A stretch of DNA of 64,000 nt, from positions 1,236 to 65,235 of the forward strand of contig JAFTZI010000007.1 of NCBI GenBank assembly GCA_017461055.1. The letters are read 5' to 3'. The notes beneath the pieces are model-generated. The model worked only from the letters and a program-made list of their open reading frames with translations. It was not told the DNA's origin and searched no databases. Each line of letters begins with the position of its first letter. The first letter of the stretch is position 1. Positions 27,553-36,751 of this stretch are shown here, one piece after another. Source of the stretch: Clostridia bacterium (GTDB lineage: Bacteria > Bacillota > Clostridia > Oscillospirales > CAG-272). The position numbers and the translations under genes are program-made.

Positions 27553-28142
27553 GACAATACCTGCGCTAATTTTTTTATTAGATTTCTCATTGCAACTCCG
27601 CGATGACTTACCTTGTTCTTTTTCGCAAGCTCTACCTCAGCAAAGGTTTTTCCAAACGGTTCATAATAGAACAAAGGATCGTAACCGAATCCGCCGTCTC
27701 CGGTTCTTTCAGTTAAAATTCTGCCATAGCATTCACCACGAACAGTAAAGTCCTTAGAATGATCAGGAAAAACACAAGCCATAGCACAAACATATTTTGC
27801 ACCTCTGTCGCTTATTCCCTCTAATTTTTCCAACAATAAATCATTATTGTCTTCATCATTTCCACCGGAAAATCGTGCAGAATACACACCGGGAGCTCCG
27901 TTTAGGGCATCAACGCAAAGCCCGGAATCATCAGCAATTCCAATATATCCTAATTTTGCGGGTACTGATGCCTTTGTAATAGCATTTTCTTCAAATGTTT
28001 CACCGATCTCTTCAATATCACCGTAATAGCCTATATCATCAAGTGATAATACAGTTACATCAAAATCAGCTAATTCGTTAAAATATGTTTTAAGTTCTCT
28101 AATTTTATTTTTGTTTCTTGTTGCGAAAACTACTTTAATCAT
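27549..28142 (-). CDS. rdgB: dITP/XTP pyrophosphatase (Ham1/RdgB family)
   Basis: Ham1 pattern with FATRNKNKIRE, DDSGLCVDALNGAPGVYSARF and FGYDPLF. I trimmed the start to the ATG at 28142, 1 nt after the ftsY stop. Confidence 0.88.
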   Translation of the reverse strand: MIKVVFATRNKNKIRELKTYFNELADFDVTVLSLDDIGYYGDIEEIGETFEENAITKASVPAKLGYIGIADDSGLCVDALNGAPGVYSARFSGGNDEDNNDLLLEKLEGISDRGAKYVCAMACVFPDHSKDFTVRGECYGRILTERTGDGGFGYDPLFYYEPFGKTFAEVELAKKNKVSHRGVAMRNLIKKLAQVLS

Positions 28143-28143
28143 A

Positions 28144-29049
28144 TTATTCAAACAACGCATCTATAAACTCATCTGCGTTAAACTTCTCCATATCGTCGAT
28201 TTGCTCACCAACACCAACAAATTTAACCGGAATATCAAGCTCATTTTTAATTGAGAAAACTATTCCACCCTTTGCCGTACCGTCCAGCTTAGTTAATACT
28301 ATTCCTGTTATGTCAGCTGCCGTCTTAAATTCTTTTGCTTGATTTACAGCATTTTGCCCTGTTGTAGAGTCAAGAACGAGTAAAGTTTCTCTTACTGCAT
28401 CAGGTAGCTCTCGAGAAATTACTCTATCAATTTTTGCAAGCTCATTCATTAAGTTTTTCTTGTTGTGTAAACGTCCGGCGGTGTCGATTATTAAAACATC
28501 GGCATTTCTCTTTTTTGCAGCATTAATTGCATCAAAAACTACTGCTGCTGGATCAGAGCCCTCTGTATGCTTAATCAAATCAACTCCTGCTCTGTCTGTC
28601 CACACATTTAATTGGTCAATAGCTGCCGCCCTGAATGTATCAGCAGCAGCTACTACCACCTTTTTGTGTTGCCTTTTCAGTGCAGAAGATATCTTGCCTA
28701 TGGAAGTGGTTTTACCAACTCCGTTTACACCGATAACAAGGATTACAGTCATATCATTGCCAAATTGAATTTCTCCACCTTGACCAAGCATATCTCTCAT
28801 TATGTTTTTCAAAGAGTTTTTAACATCGTTTGAATCCTTGATACGATTTTCTTTAATCTCTTCTCTAAGCTTTGTTAAAATTTCGTCAGCAGTAACTGCG
28901 CCAACATCGGCACAAATTAGAATTTCTTCTAATTCTTCCATTAGGTCCTCGTCAATTTTTCTTAAGCTTTTAAATAAGTCCGAAAAGGGCTTAAATAAAG
29001 CGTTTTTAGTTTTTTGAAGACCTTTTTTTAGCTTTTCAAAAAAAGACAT
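28144..29049 (-). CDS. ftsY: signal recognition particle receptor FtsY
   Basis: 301 aa with the NG-domain motifs GVNGVGKTT, DTAGR and TKLDGTAKGG. Confidence 0.93.
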   Translation of the reverse strand: MSFFEKLKKGLQKTKNALFKPFSDLFKSLRKIDEDLMEELEEILICADVGAVTADEILTKLREEIKENRIKDSNDVKNSLKNIMRDMLGQGGEIQFGNDMTVILVIGVNGVGKTTSIGKISSALKRQHKKVVVAAADTFRAAAIDQLNVWTDRAGVDLIKHTEGSDPAAVVFDAINAAKKRNADVLIIDTAGRLHNKKNLMNELAKIDRVISRELPDAVRETLLVLDSTTGQNAVNQAKEFKTAADITGIVLTKLDGTAKGGIVFSIKNELDIPVKFVGVGEQIDDMEKFNADEFIDALFE

Positions 29050-29058
29050 AATATCTCC

Positions 29059-32000
29059 TTATTGTTTAGGACCGTTGTCCTTTAGTATGTTGTCCTTACC
29101 TACATCATTTACATCCATAGTAAGAACCTTGGAAATACCCTTTTGTGGCATGGTTACACCATACAATCTATCGGCAATTTCCATTGTTCCACGACGGTGC
29201 GTAATGATGATGAACTGTGTTTGATTGGAATATCTCTTTACGTATTGACCAAATCTTGCAACGTTAACATCATCAAGAGCAGCTTCAATCTCATCAAATA
29301 TGCAGAAGGGTGTAGGATTAACCTTTAAAATTGCAAACAAGAGCGCAATAGCGACGAAAGCTTGCTCGCCACCTGACAAAAGCATAAGACTCTTGATAAC
29401 TTTACCGGGAGGGGCTGCTTTAATCTCTATACCGCAATTAAGAATATCATTTTCATCCTCAAGTGAGAGCTCAGCATGTCCTCCGCCAAACAACTCTTTA
29501 AATACTATATTGAAATTTTCATTGATAGCTCTGAAAGCTTGGATGAAGGTTTCCTTCATTTTAGTTTCCATATCAGTGATTATTTCGGTTAAGTCATCCT
29601 TGGCTGTTTTAAGATCTAGGAGCTGAGTATTGTAATAGTCGTACTTTTCTTTAACCTCTTTGTATTCATCCATTGCGTTTGGATTTACATGTCCTAATGC
29701 ACGTAGCTTATTTCTACATTCTGTTGCTATAGCATGAATCTCCTTGCGATTCTCTGATGTTACAGGTGGATATCCAAGCTCAACCGCAGTCGAATAAGTA
29801 AGACCATAATCTTGATAAAGCTTGTCTACCATATTGTCAAACTGAAGCTTTAACTGCTCCAAATGGCTCTTACTTTCGGAGTTTGAACGAATAACAAGCT
29901 CTTTCTTGCTAACAAGCTCCTTATAGCTTTTATTTAATTCAGTTCTTTTTTGCTCTAAGGAAGCAATTTGCTCAATTAAGTCATCACGGTTACACTGCAA
30001 ATTTAGCTGTCTTTCTTGAGCCTCTTTGTAGAGCTTTCTGTTGTTTGCTTTCTTTTCACCGGATGAAGAAACAGCCTCATTGAATTCCTTCATCTTATTG
30101 TTACGATCTAAAATGTCGTTGTTAATTTCATTCAATCGTTCATTAGCATTCAAAATAGCAGCAACGGCAGCCTCTATATCTTTATTTACTCCCGTTATTT
30201 CGATTTCTAAGTTTACGATTTTTCTTTGAAGCTCCTCATTTTCATTCTCAGACTCACCTTTTTCAATATCAAGGTTAAGTCTTATTTCAGAGATATTGCT
30301 GATTTGCTCCTTAATATCTATTTGCTGTTGCTTCAGAGATTTTAATTCATTTTTGTTCTTTTCCTCTTCATCAAACAATCTCTTTGTACTATCTTCAAGA
30401 CCCTCTATTTGATTTTTGGAAAACTCCATTTTAACAATTAATGAATCATATTCGGTTTTTTCGTCCCTGTAAATAGTATCAGTTAGATCATATTGTTGCT
30501 TATCTGCTAAACGAATAGATGTAAGCTCTCTTAAGCTTTCACCTAATTTTTGACCAATAGCCTTGATATCTTCGATTTTAGCAATAAGCTCTGCTTCCTC
30601 TTCTTCCATTTTCTTAATATCAACACTGCGAGAAAGCATTGTGCCCTCTTGCTTTACCGAACCACCGGTAAAGGAACCGCCGACATTAATAATTTGACCA
30701 TCTAAGGTAACAACCTTAATTTTGTACTTTTGTTCTTTTGCCATTTCGGTTGCATTATCAATATTATCGAAAACTACTGTTCTGCCGAGCAGGGATGAGA
30801 AAATTTTCTCGAATTTAGGATCAAATTTAATTAGCGCATCAGCTACACCAATGTATCCTTTATATTTCTTTGCATTTAGCATTTCTTGCGTTGGAGCTTG
30901 ACCGCTAACTGAGCTAATTGGATAGAATGTAGCTCTACCGGCTTTATTGTCCTTTAGGGCTTTAATACAAGTTTTTGCAGTATTCTCGTTGTCAACTACA
31001 ATATGCTGTAATCCTGCGCCTAAAGCAGTTTCAATTGCTGATATGTACTCATCCGAAACTGAAATTAATGTTGAAACAGGTCCGTATACAGTGCCGCAAT
31101 TTTCAATTTTGTTGCTTTTGTAGGCATTCATAATAAATCCAACGCTTTTTGCATAGCCTTCAAACAGCTCTTCCATTGCTGTAAGAGCATTTATTCTCTC
31201 TCTTAATGCAAGCTGCTTGGATTTAAGTATATTCATTTCTTCCTTTAAAGCTTCATATTTTTCTGTTTTTTCATCGATATCAATATTAATGTTAGTTAAT
31301 TTTTCCTCTAACTCATTAATAGTTGCCTCATATTTTGCTAAAACCTTTGCTTGTTCATCAGCTTTATCACTTAACTCATCAAATTCATTACGGTATTTAA
31401 TAAGGTCATTATTAATTTCTTCTTTTCTTTCGTCGCCATTAAATTGAGAGTTTTCTAAGACGGAAAGCTTTACTACTATTTCGTTGTTTGTCGTTTCAAG
31501 CTTTTTGATTTCTTGAAATAGACGCTCTATCTCTTCTTCATCCTTAGTTGTTTTTTCTTTTAAGGTTTCGCTCTTTTCAACAAGCTCCTGCTTTTGAAGT
31601 TTTAATGAGGAAAGAAGTCCATTGATTTTTTCGTAGTTTTCTTCCTTTTCTTTGATCTCGTTTTGACAAAGCTCTTTTTTGGCATTTATTTTTTCAAGCT
31701 CTTCAATTTGAGCTTTGGAAGAAATCTTGGCATGCTCAACGTCATTTTCCATCAAGCTCAATTCTTTATCAAGAGTGTTGATTGTTGTTGTGCAAGAGTT
31801 GATTTGGGTAAGAATGTTTTCGCTTTCTTTTCTTGCTTCGATGATTTTTTCGTATAAAGTGGAATCTTGAGCTTCAATCCTTTGAATTGACTCATCAGTT
31901 TGACCAAGCTCTTCCTCTGAAAGCTGGAATACTTGACCTTGCTTTTCAATATCAGATTTAGTTTTTTGTGAGTCATAAATCCAAAGTGAAACCTCGGCCT

Positions 32001-32676
32001 CTTTTCGCTTTTCATAAAGCTCATGATACTTAATTGCTTTATCTGCAGCAGCTTTTAATGGGCCAATACGATTTGCATATTCATTGTAAATATCGTATAC
32101 TCTTTCCATATTGTCCTGTGTTGCCTTAAGCTTTCTTTCAGCATCTTCTTTTTGATATCTACATTTTGCAATGCCGGCAGCCTCTTCAAAGATGTTTCTT
32201 CTGTCTTCACTCTTTTTTGAAATGATTTCCGCTATTCTTCCCTGTCCAATTATAGAATATCCCTCACGGCCTACACCTGTGTTCATAAACAGCTCGTGTA
32301 TGTCACGCAGTCTAACAGGGTTTTTATTAATCATATATTCACTTTCGCCCGCACGAAAATAACGTCTAGTTACTGTAATAGTGTCATATGGGCTATTAAT
32401 TCGTCCTTCCTCTAAGGAGTTATCGAATGTAACAGATACCTCAGCATAGCTCATCGGCTTTCTTACCTCAGTACCAATAAAAATTACGTCCTCCATTTTT
32501 GAGCCACGCAATGTTTTTGTGGAAAGCTCACCAAGCACCCAACGCATTGCATCTGTAATATTTGATTTTCCACTTCCGTTTGGACCAACAATTACAGTTG
32601 CACCGTCATCAAAATACAAGGTTGTTTTATCCGGGAAAGATTTAAATCCTTGTAATTCAAGTGATTTTAATCGCAT
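29059..32676 (-). CDS. smc: chromosome segregation protein SMC
   Basis: 1205 aa. Walker A is GPNGSGKSN. It has long coiled coils with a hinge, the signature LSGGE and Walker B FCIFDEIEAALD. Confidence 0.95.
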   Translation of the reverse strand: MRLKSLELQGFKSFPDKTTLYFDDGATVIVGPNGSGKSNITDAMRWVLGELSTKTLRGSKMEDVIFIGTEVRKPMSYAEVSVTFDNSLEEGRINSPYDTITVTRRYFRAGESEYMINKNPVRLRDIHELFMNTGVGREGYSIIGQGRIAEIISKKSEDRRNIFEEAAGIAKCRYQKEDAERKLKATQDNMERVYDIYNEYANRIGPLKAAADKAIKYHELYEKRKEAEVSLWIYDSQKTKSDIEKQGQVFQLSEEELGQTDESIQRIEAQDSTLYEKIIEARKESENILTQINSCTTTINTLDKELSLMENDVEHAKISSKAQIEELEKINAKKELCQNEIKEKEENYEKINGLLSSLKLQKQELVEKSETLKEKTTKDEEEIERLFQEIKKLETTNNEIVVKLSVLENSQFNGDERKEEINNDLIKYRNEFDELSDKADEQAKVLAKYEATINELEEKLTNINIDIDEKTEKYEALKEEMNILKSKQLALRERINALTAMEELFEGYAKSVGFIMNAYKSNKIENCGTVYGPVSTLISVSDEYISAIETALGAGLQHIVVDNENTAKTCIKALKDNKAGRATFYPISSVSGQAPTQEMLNAKKYKGYIGVADALIKFDPKFEKIFSSLLGRTVVFDNIDNATEMAKEQKYKIKVVTLDGQIINVGGSFTGGSVKQEGTMLSRSVDIKKMEEEEAELIAKIEDIKAIGQKLGESLRELTSIRLADKQQYDLTDTIYRDEKTEYDSLIVKMEFSKNQIEGLEDSTKRLFDEEEKNKNELKSLKQQQIDIKEQISNISEIRLNLDIEKGESENENEELQRKIVNLEIEITGVNKDIEAAVAAILNANERLNEINNDILDRNNKMKEFNEAVSSSGEKKANNRKLYKEAQERQLNLQCNRDDLIEQIASLEQKRTELNKSYKELVSKKELVIRSNSESKSHLEQLKLQFDNMVDKLYQDYGLTYSTAVELGYPPVTSENRKEIHAIATECRNKLRALGHVNPNAMDEYKEVKEKYDYYNTQLLDLKTAKDDLTEIITDMETKMKETFIQAFRAINENFNIVFKELFGGGHAELSLEDENDILNCGIEIKAAPPGKVIKSLMLLSGGEQAFVAIALLFAILKVNPTPFCIFDEIEAALDDVNVARFGQYVKRYSNQTQFIIITHRRGTMEIADRLYGVTMPQKGISKVLTMDVNDVGKDNILKDNGPKQ

Positions 32677-33701
32677 GAGTTTTCCTCCTTTATCTCTAAT
32701 TTTATATCTGTATATTTCAAACTAATGTTTTCTATAACCTTGATTGCTTTAAAGCCATATTTTTTTGTTAACTCAATTATGTTATGTCGTTTATGACCTA
32801 TAATTTGAGAAGTATTGCCTTTGGCGCAATTTATAATTAAGTGTTTATTTAAGTATTTGTCTAAATTATCTGTTAGTCTATCGCATATGCCCATGTAAAG
32901 CATCCTGCTTTTAACCATTTCGCCAATTGACGGAAAGTTTGGTCCTGCAACAAAGGTGTCTTCTGAGTGTAGATTTTCACTATCGCACAAACCTATTCTT
33001 ATACAATCTACTTTGTTATTAACAAATTCTTTTAAAACTAAGGAACTTCTGTCTACAGCTTCCTCTAATGATAACGGTTCGTAATCACCTTTTTTCAATA
33101 AAAGCTCGAGCTCGGTATTTTTAAATACAAGTGTAGGGTAAATTCTTGTACCGCTTGCACCAAGCTTGCATATTTGCTTGGCGCAATGAAGCTCGTCCTC
33201 TTTTGTAGCTGTTGGCAAGCCAATCATCATTTGTCCAACAAAGCTTATTCCATTTCTTTTTAAAAGCTTGGTTGCATTAATGGTATCATTTACCGTATGC
33301 CCGCGTTTAAGATAAGAAAGTACACTGTCATTCATTGATTGAATTCCAAGCTCTACGGTTGTAATCGAATATTTTTTTAGTATATCTATTATTTCTTGAG
33401 AAATGTAGTCAGGTCTTGTAGACATTCTGATTCCAATTACTTTTCCATTATCTACATATTCTTGAGCAATGTTCAATAAGCGAAGCATTAAACTTCTATC
33501 AATACCGGTAAAGGACCCACCAAAAAAAGCAATTTCACAAATATCATCTTGGTTCACGGTTCTTAAAACGTCATTGATAGTTTCATAAACTGTTTTTTCA
33601 TCAAATTCAACAGTACCTGATATGTATTTTTGATTGCAAAAAATACATTGATTGGGACAACCAAGGTGTGGAATAAAAATAGGAATATTGATATGTCTCA
33701 T
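32667..33701 (-). CDS. radical SAM protein (ELP3/COG1243-like)
   Basis: 344 aa with an N-terminal CPNQCIFC (Cx3Cx2C) cluster motif. It is inserted between rnc and smc and overlaps both neighbours. Confidence 0.8.
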   Translation of the reverse strand: MRHINIPIFIPHLGCPNQCIFCNQKYISGTVEFDEKTVYETINDVLRTVNQDDICEIAFFGGSFTGIDRSLMLRLLNIAQEYVDNGKVIGIRMSTRPDYISQEIIDILKKYSITTVELGIQSMNDSVLSYLKRGHTVNDTINATKLLKRNGISFVGQMMIGLPTATKEDELHCAKQICKLGASGTRIYPTLVFKNTELELLLKKGDYEPLSLEEAVDRSSLVLKEFVNNKVDCIRIGLCDSENLHSEDTFVAGPNFPSIGEMVKSRMLYMGICDRLTDNLDKYLNKHLIINCAKGNTSQIIGHKRHNIIELTKKYGFKAIKVIENISLKYTDIKLEIKEENSCD

Positions 33702-34405
33702 TTAACATCAAATAATTTAAGGGCTTCTTTCGCTGCTAATTGTTCAGCTTCCCTCTTTGTCTTACCGGTTCCCTTGCCAATAACATTGGAATTTAGCCTT
33801 ACCTCAATCTCAAATGTCTTATCGTGGTCAGGTCCATACTCCTTTATGCACACGTACTGAAGCTTATCAGTACCGATAGCTTGAATGAATTGCTGTAGTG
33901 TTGTTTTATAGTCATAAGCCATTTCATCATGGGAAGCAAAAACAATTTCCTTTTCCATGATTGGCAGAAGAAAATCAGCTACCTGTTTTTTGGAACAGTT
34001 TGAGTCCAGATAAATTGCAGCTAAGAGCGCTTCAAAGGCGTTTTCAAGGATTTTGGGATTAGTACGACCTGTTTCCTCTTCTCCCTTGCCAAGCAGCAAA
34101 TATGAACCCAAATTAATTTCATTGGCTAAAGATGATAATGACCTTGAGCATACAACGGAAGCACGTATTTTAGTTAGGTCACCCTCAGGCTTGTCCTTGT
34201 ATTTACCATAGATGTATTCACTGATGACAAGAGAAAGCACACTATCCCCTAAAAATTCAAGTCTTTCGTTGCACTGGCAGATCGCCTTGCGTGCCTTTTG
34301 TTCATTTGCATAGGAGGCATGGGTGAGTGCGGTTTGCAATATATTCTTGTCCTTAAAGCTATATCCAATTGTTTTTTCAAGATTTTCAAAAGGCATATTG
34401 CCCAT
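33698..34405 (-). CDS. rnc: ribonuclease III
   Basis: 235 aa with the RNase III signature ERLEFLGDSVL and a C-terminal dsRBD (GKGTGKTKREAEQLAAKEAL). Confidence 0.93.
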   Translation of the reverse strand: MGNMPFENLEKTIGYSFKDKNILQTALTHASYANEQKARKAICQCNERLEFLGDSVLSLVISEYIYGKYKDKPEGDLTKIRASVVCSRSLSSLANEINLGSYLLLGKGEEETGRTNPKILENAFEALLAAIYLDSNCSKKQVADFLLPIMEKEIVFASHDEMAYDYKTTLQQFIQAIGTDKLQYVCIKEYGPDHDKTFEIEVRLNSNVIGKGTGKTKREAEQLAAKEALKLFDVK

Positions 34406-34418
34406 AGAGCCTACCTCC

Positions 34419-35417
34419 TTACTTTAGTGATTCTTGTACTCTGTTTATTATGTTTGAACTGCTATAATTTATAGCCTGTAAAATTGCACTGAAAATATTT
34501 TCTGCTTTACAACTACCGTGTGCCTTGATTACAGGCTTAGAAATACCAAGCAAAGGCGCTCCACCGTAACTCGAAGAGCTAAAGGTCTTTTTTAATCCCT
34601 TTAACTGATCCTTGACAAGCAAATATGAAATTTTGGTTTTAGTATTTGATGTATAAACATTTTTAAGCGTGGAAAAGAAGAAAGCACCCATTCCCTCTGC
34701 AAGCTTTAATGTTATATTACCTGTAAAGCCGTCAGTAATAAGAACATCACATGGTGAATTCGGTATTTCTCTGGATTCAATATTTCCAACAAAATTTATG
34801 TATTCGTTATTCTTTAAAAGATTATATGCTTCCTGAACAACAGGCGTTCCTTTATGTTCTTCAGTGCCGTTATTTAACAAACCGACCTTTGGCTGCTCAA
34901 CTCCAAGCATTTCGTTAACATATGCAGAGCCAATAACTGCCCATTGGTTTAAAATATCTGCGGTAACTGTTGGATTTGCACCTGAATCGAGCAAAAGAAT
35001 TGGTCTGCTAAATGGTAAAATGCTTGCAATAGCGCTTCTTCTGACTCCCTTGATTTTTCTGACAATTAGTGTTGAGGCTGCATGCAAAGCACCTGTGCTA
35101 CCGGCACTAATGAACGCATCAACTTCACCGTTTTTCAGCATTTTTAAGCCAATTGCCATTGAAGAATTGTTTTTTTCCTTCATAACCATCATAGGGTCGT
35201 CGTCCATTGTTATTACAACATCAGTGTGAATAATACTGATATTATTCGATATGTTATCGCTTATTTCAGAGAAGCAAGACAATATTTTTACTTTATCACC
35301 TAATAAAACAATTTCAATGTCTTTATTTGATTTACAATGCTCAGAAGCAATGTAAGCGCCCTTTACTATTTCAAAAGGGGCATTGTCTCCACCCATAGCG
35401 TCAACTGCTATTTTCAT
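34419..35417 (-). CDS. plsX: phosphate acyltransferase PlsX
   Basis: 332 aa with the PlsX pattern MKIAVDAMGGDNAP...GFTGN. Its start overlaps the trmFO stop (ATGA). Confidence 0.93.
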   Translation of the reverse strand: MKIAVDAMGGDNAPFEIVKGAYIASEHCKSNKDIEIVLLGDKVKILSCFSEISDNISNNISIIHTDVVITMDDDPMMVMKEKNNSSMAIGLKMLKNGEVDAFISAGSTGALHAASTLIVRKIKGVRRSAIASILPFSRPILLLDSGANPTVTADILNQWAVIGSAYVNEMLGVEQPKVGLLNNGTEEHKGTPVVQEAYNLLKNNEYINFVGNIESREIPNSPCDVLITDGFTGNITLKLAEGMGAFFFSTLKNVYTSNTKTKISYLLVKDQLKGLKKTFSSSSYGGAPLLGISKPVIKAHGSCKAENIFSAILQAINYSSSNIINRVQESLK

Positions 35418-36751
35418 CTAAAAATTTCACCTTTCAATTGTTCGATTGTTGATATCGCTCTTTTAGCTATTTCTTCGTTTCGTGCTTTTTTGCCACCCTT
35501 TACTTTGTATTCTAATGGTGCGACAATTCCAAAATTAGCATTCATGGGTTGAAAATTGCCTGAATAAGCACCATTATTAACAAAATGTGCGAGTGAACCG
35601 ATTACTGTTCTGTCTGTAAAATCAATATTTTCTAAGTTTCTAACTCTTCTTGATGCATTGATACCGGCTACATAACCGGAAGAAGCTGATTCAATGTAGC
35701 CCTCAACTCCTGTCATTTGACCGGCAAAATAAATATTAGGATTTGACTTCAAAGAATAATATTGAGTTAAATATTTTGGCGAATCAATATAAGTATTTCG
35801 ATGCATCACGCCATATCTTAAAAAATTTGCATTTTCAAGACCTGGAATTAACGAAAATACTCTTTTTTGTTCAGAAAAGGTTAAATGGGTTTGGAAGCCA
35901 ACGATGTTGAACATTGTTCCTTGTTCATTTTCTTTTCTAAGCTGTACAACAGCATGGAAAGTCTCTTTAGTAATCGGATGCTCAATGCCAACAGGCTTTA
36001 ATGGCCCATATAACAAGGTGTCGTATCCGCGCTTTGCCATAACCTCAACAGGCATGCAACCTTCAAACACAGTTAACTTTTGAGATTCTCTGTCGAAATC
36101 GTGCAGTTCAGCTTCTTTTGCGCTTATTAGAGCATTATAAAAACTCTTGTACTGTTCTTCACTCATAGGACAATTGATATAATCAGCATCACCCTTATTG
36201 TAGCGTGATGCGAAAAATGCTTTGTCCATATCTATTGAATCAAATTCAACTATTGGCGCAGCAGCATCAAAAAAGTGTAATCCGGTTAATCCCAAGTTAT
36301 TTGCTATATATTCAGACATATCATTAGAGGTTAACGGACCGGTTGCAATTACTGTTACTTCATCAGGTTCAATTTTGGTAACTTCCTCTGATATAACTGT
36401 GATATTTGGATGGTTTTTGATTTTATCCGTTATAAATTTAGAAAACAGCTCTCTATCAACAGCTAAAGCTGAACCTGCGGGAACCTTTGTATCATCTGCT
36501 GCTTCCATAATAATGGAATTAAGCTCCCTTAGCTCCGCCTTCAAAACACCGATTGCATTGGAAAGCTCATCCGACCTTAAGGAATTAGAGCAAACAAGCT
36601 CAGCGAAATTTGCATTATGATGTGCGGGAGAAAATTTGATAGGCTTCATTTCGTAAAGCTTTACCTTTACTCCTCTTTCTGCGGCTTGATAAGCTGCTTC
36701 ACAGCCTGCAAGACCGGCGCCTATTACATTAATACAATCATTTACTTTCAT
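35414..36751 (-). CDS. trmFO: methylenetetrahydrofolate--tRNA-(uracil54-C5)-methyltransferase TrmFO
   Basis: 445 aa with the FAD motif VIGAGLAGCEAA and the Gid/TrmFO pattern. It is in the conserved position after topA. Confidence 0.93.
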   Translation of the reverse strand: MKVNDCINVIGAGLAGCEAAYQAAERGVKVKLYEMKPIKFSPAHHNANFAELVCSNSLRSDELSNAIGVLKAELRELNSIIMEAADDTKVPAGSALAVDRELFSKFITDKIKNHPNITVISEEVTKIEPDEVTVIATGPLTSNDMSEYIANNLGLTGLHFFDAAAPIVEFDSIDMDKAFFASRYNKGDADYINCPMSEEQYKSFYNALISAKEAELHDFDRESQKLTVFEGCMPVEVMAKRGYDTLLYGPLKPVGIEHPITKETFHAVVQLRKENEQGTMFNIVGFQTHLTFSEQKRVFSLIPGLENANFLRYGVMHRNTYIDSPKYLTQYYSLKSNPNIYFAGQMTGVEGYIESASSGYVAGINASRRVRNLENIDFTDRTVIGSLAHFVNNGAYSGNFQPMNANFGIVAPLEYKVKGGKKARNEEIAKRAISTIEQLKGEIFR

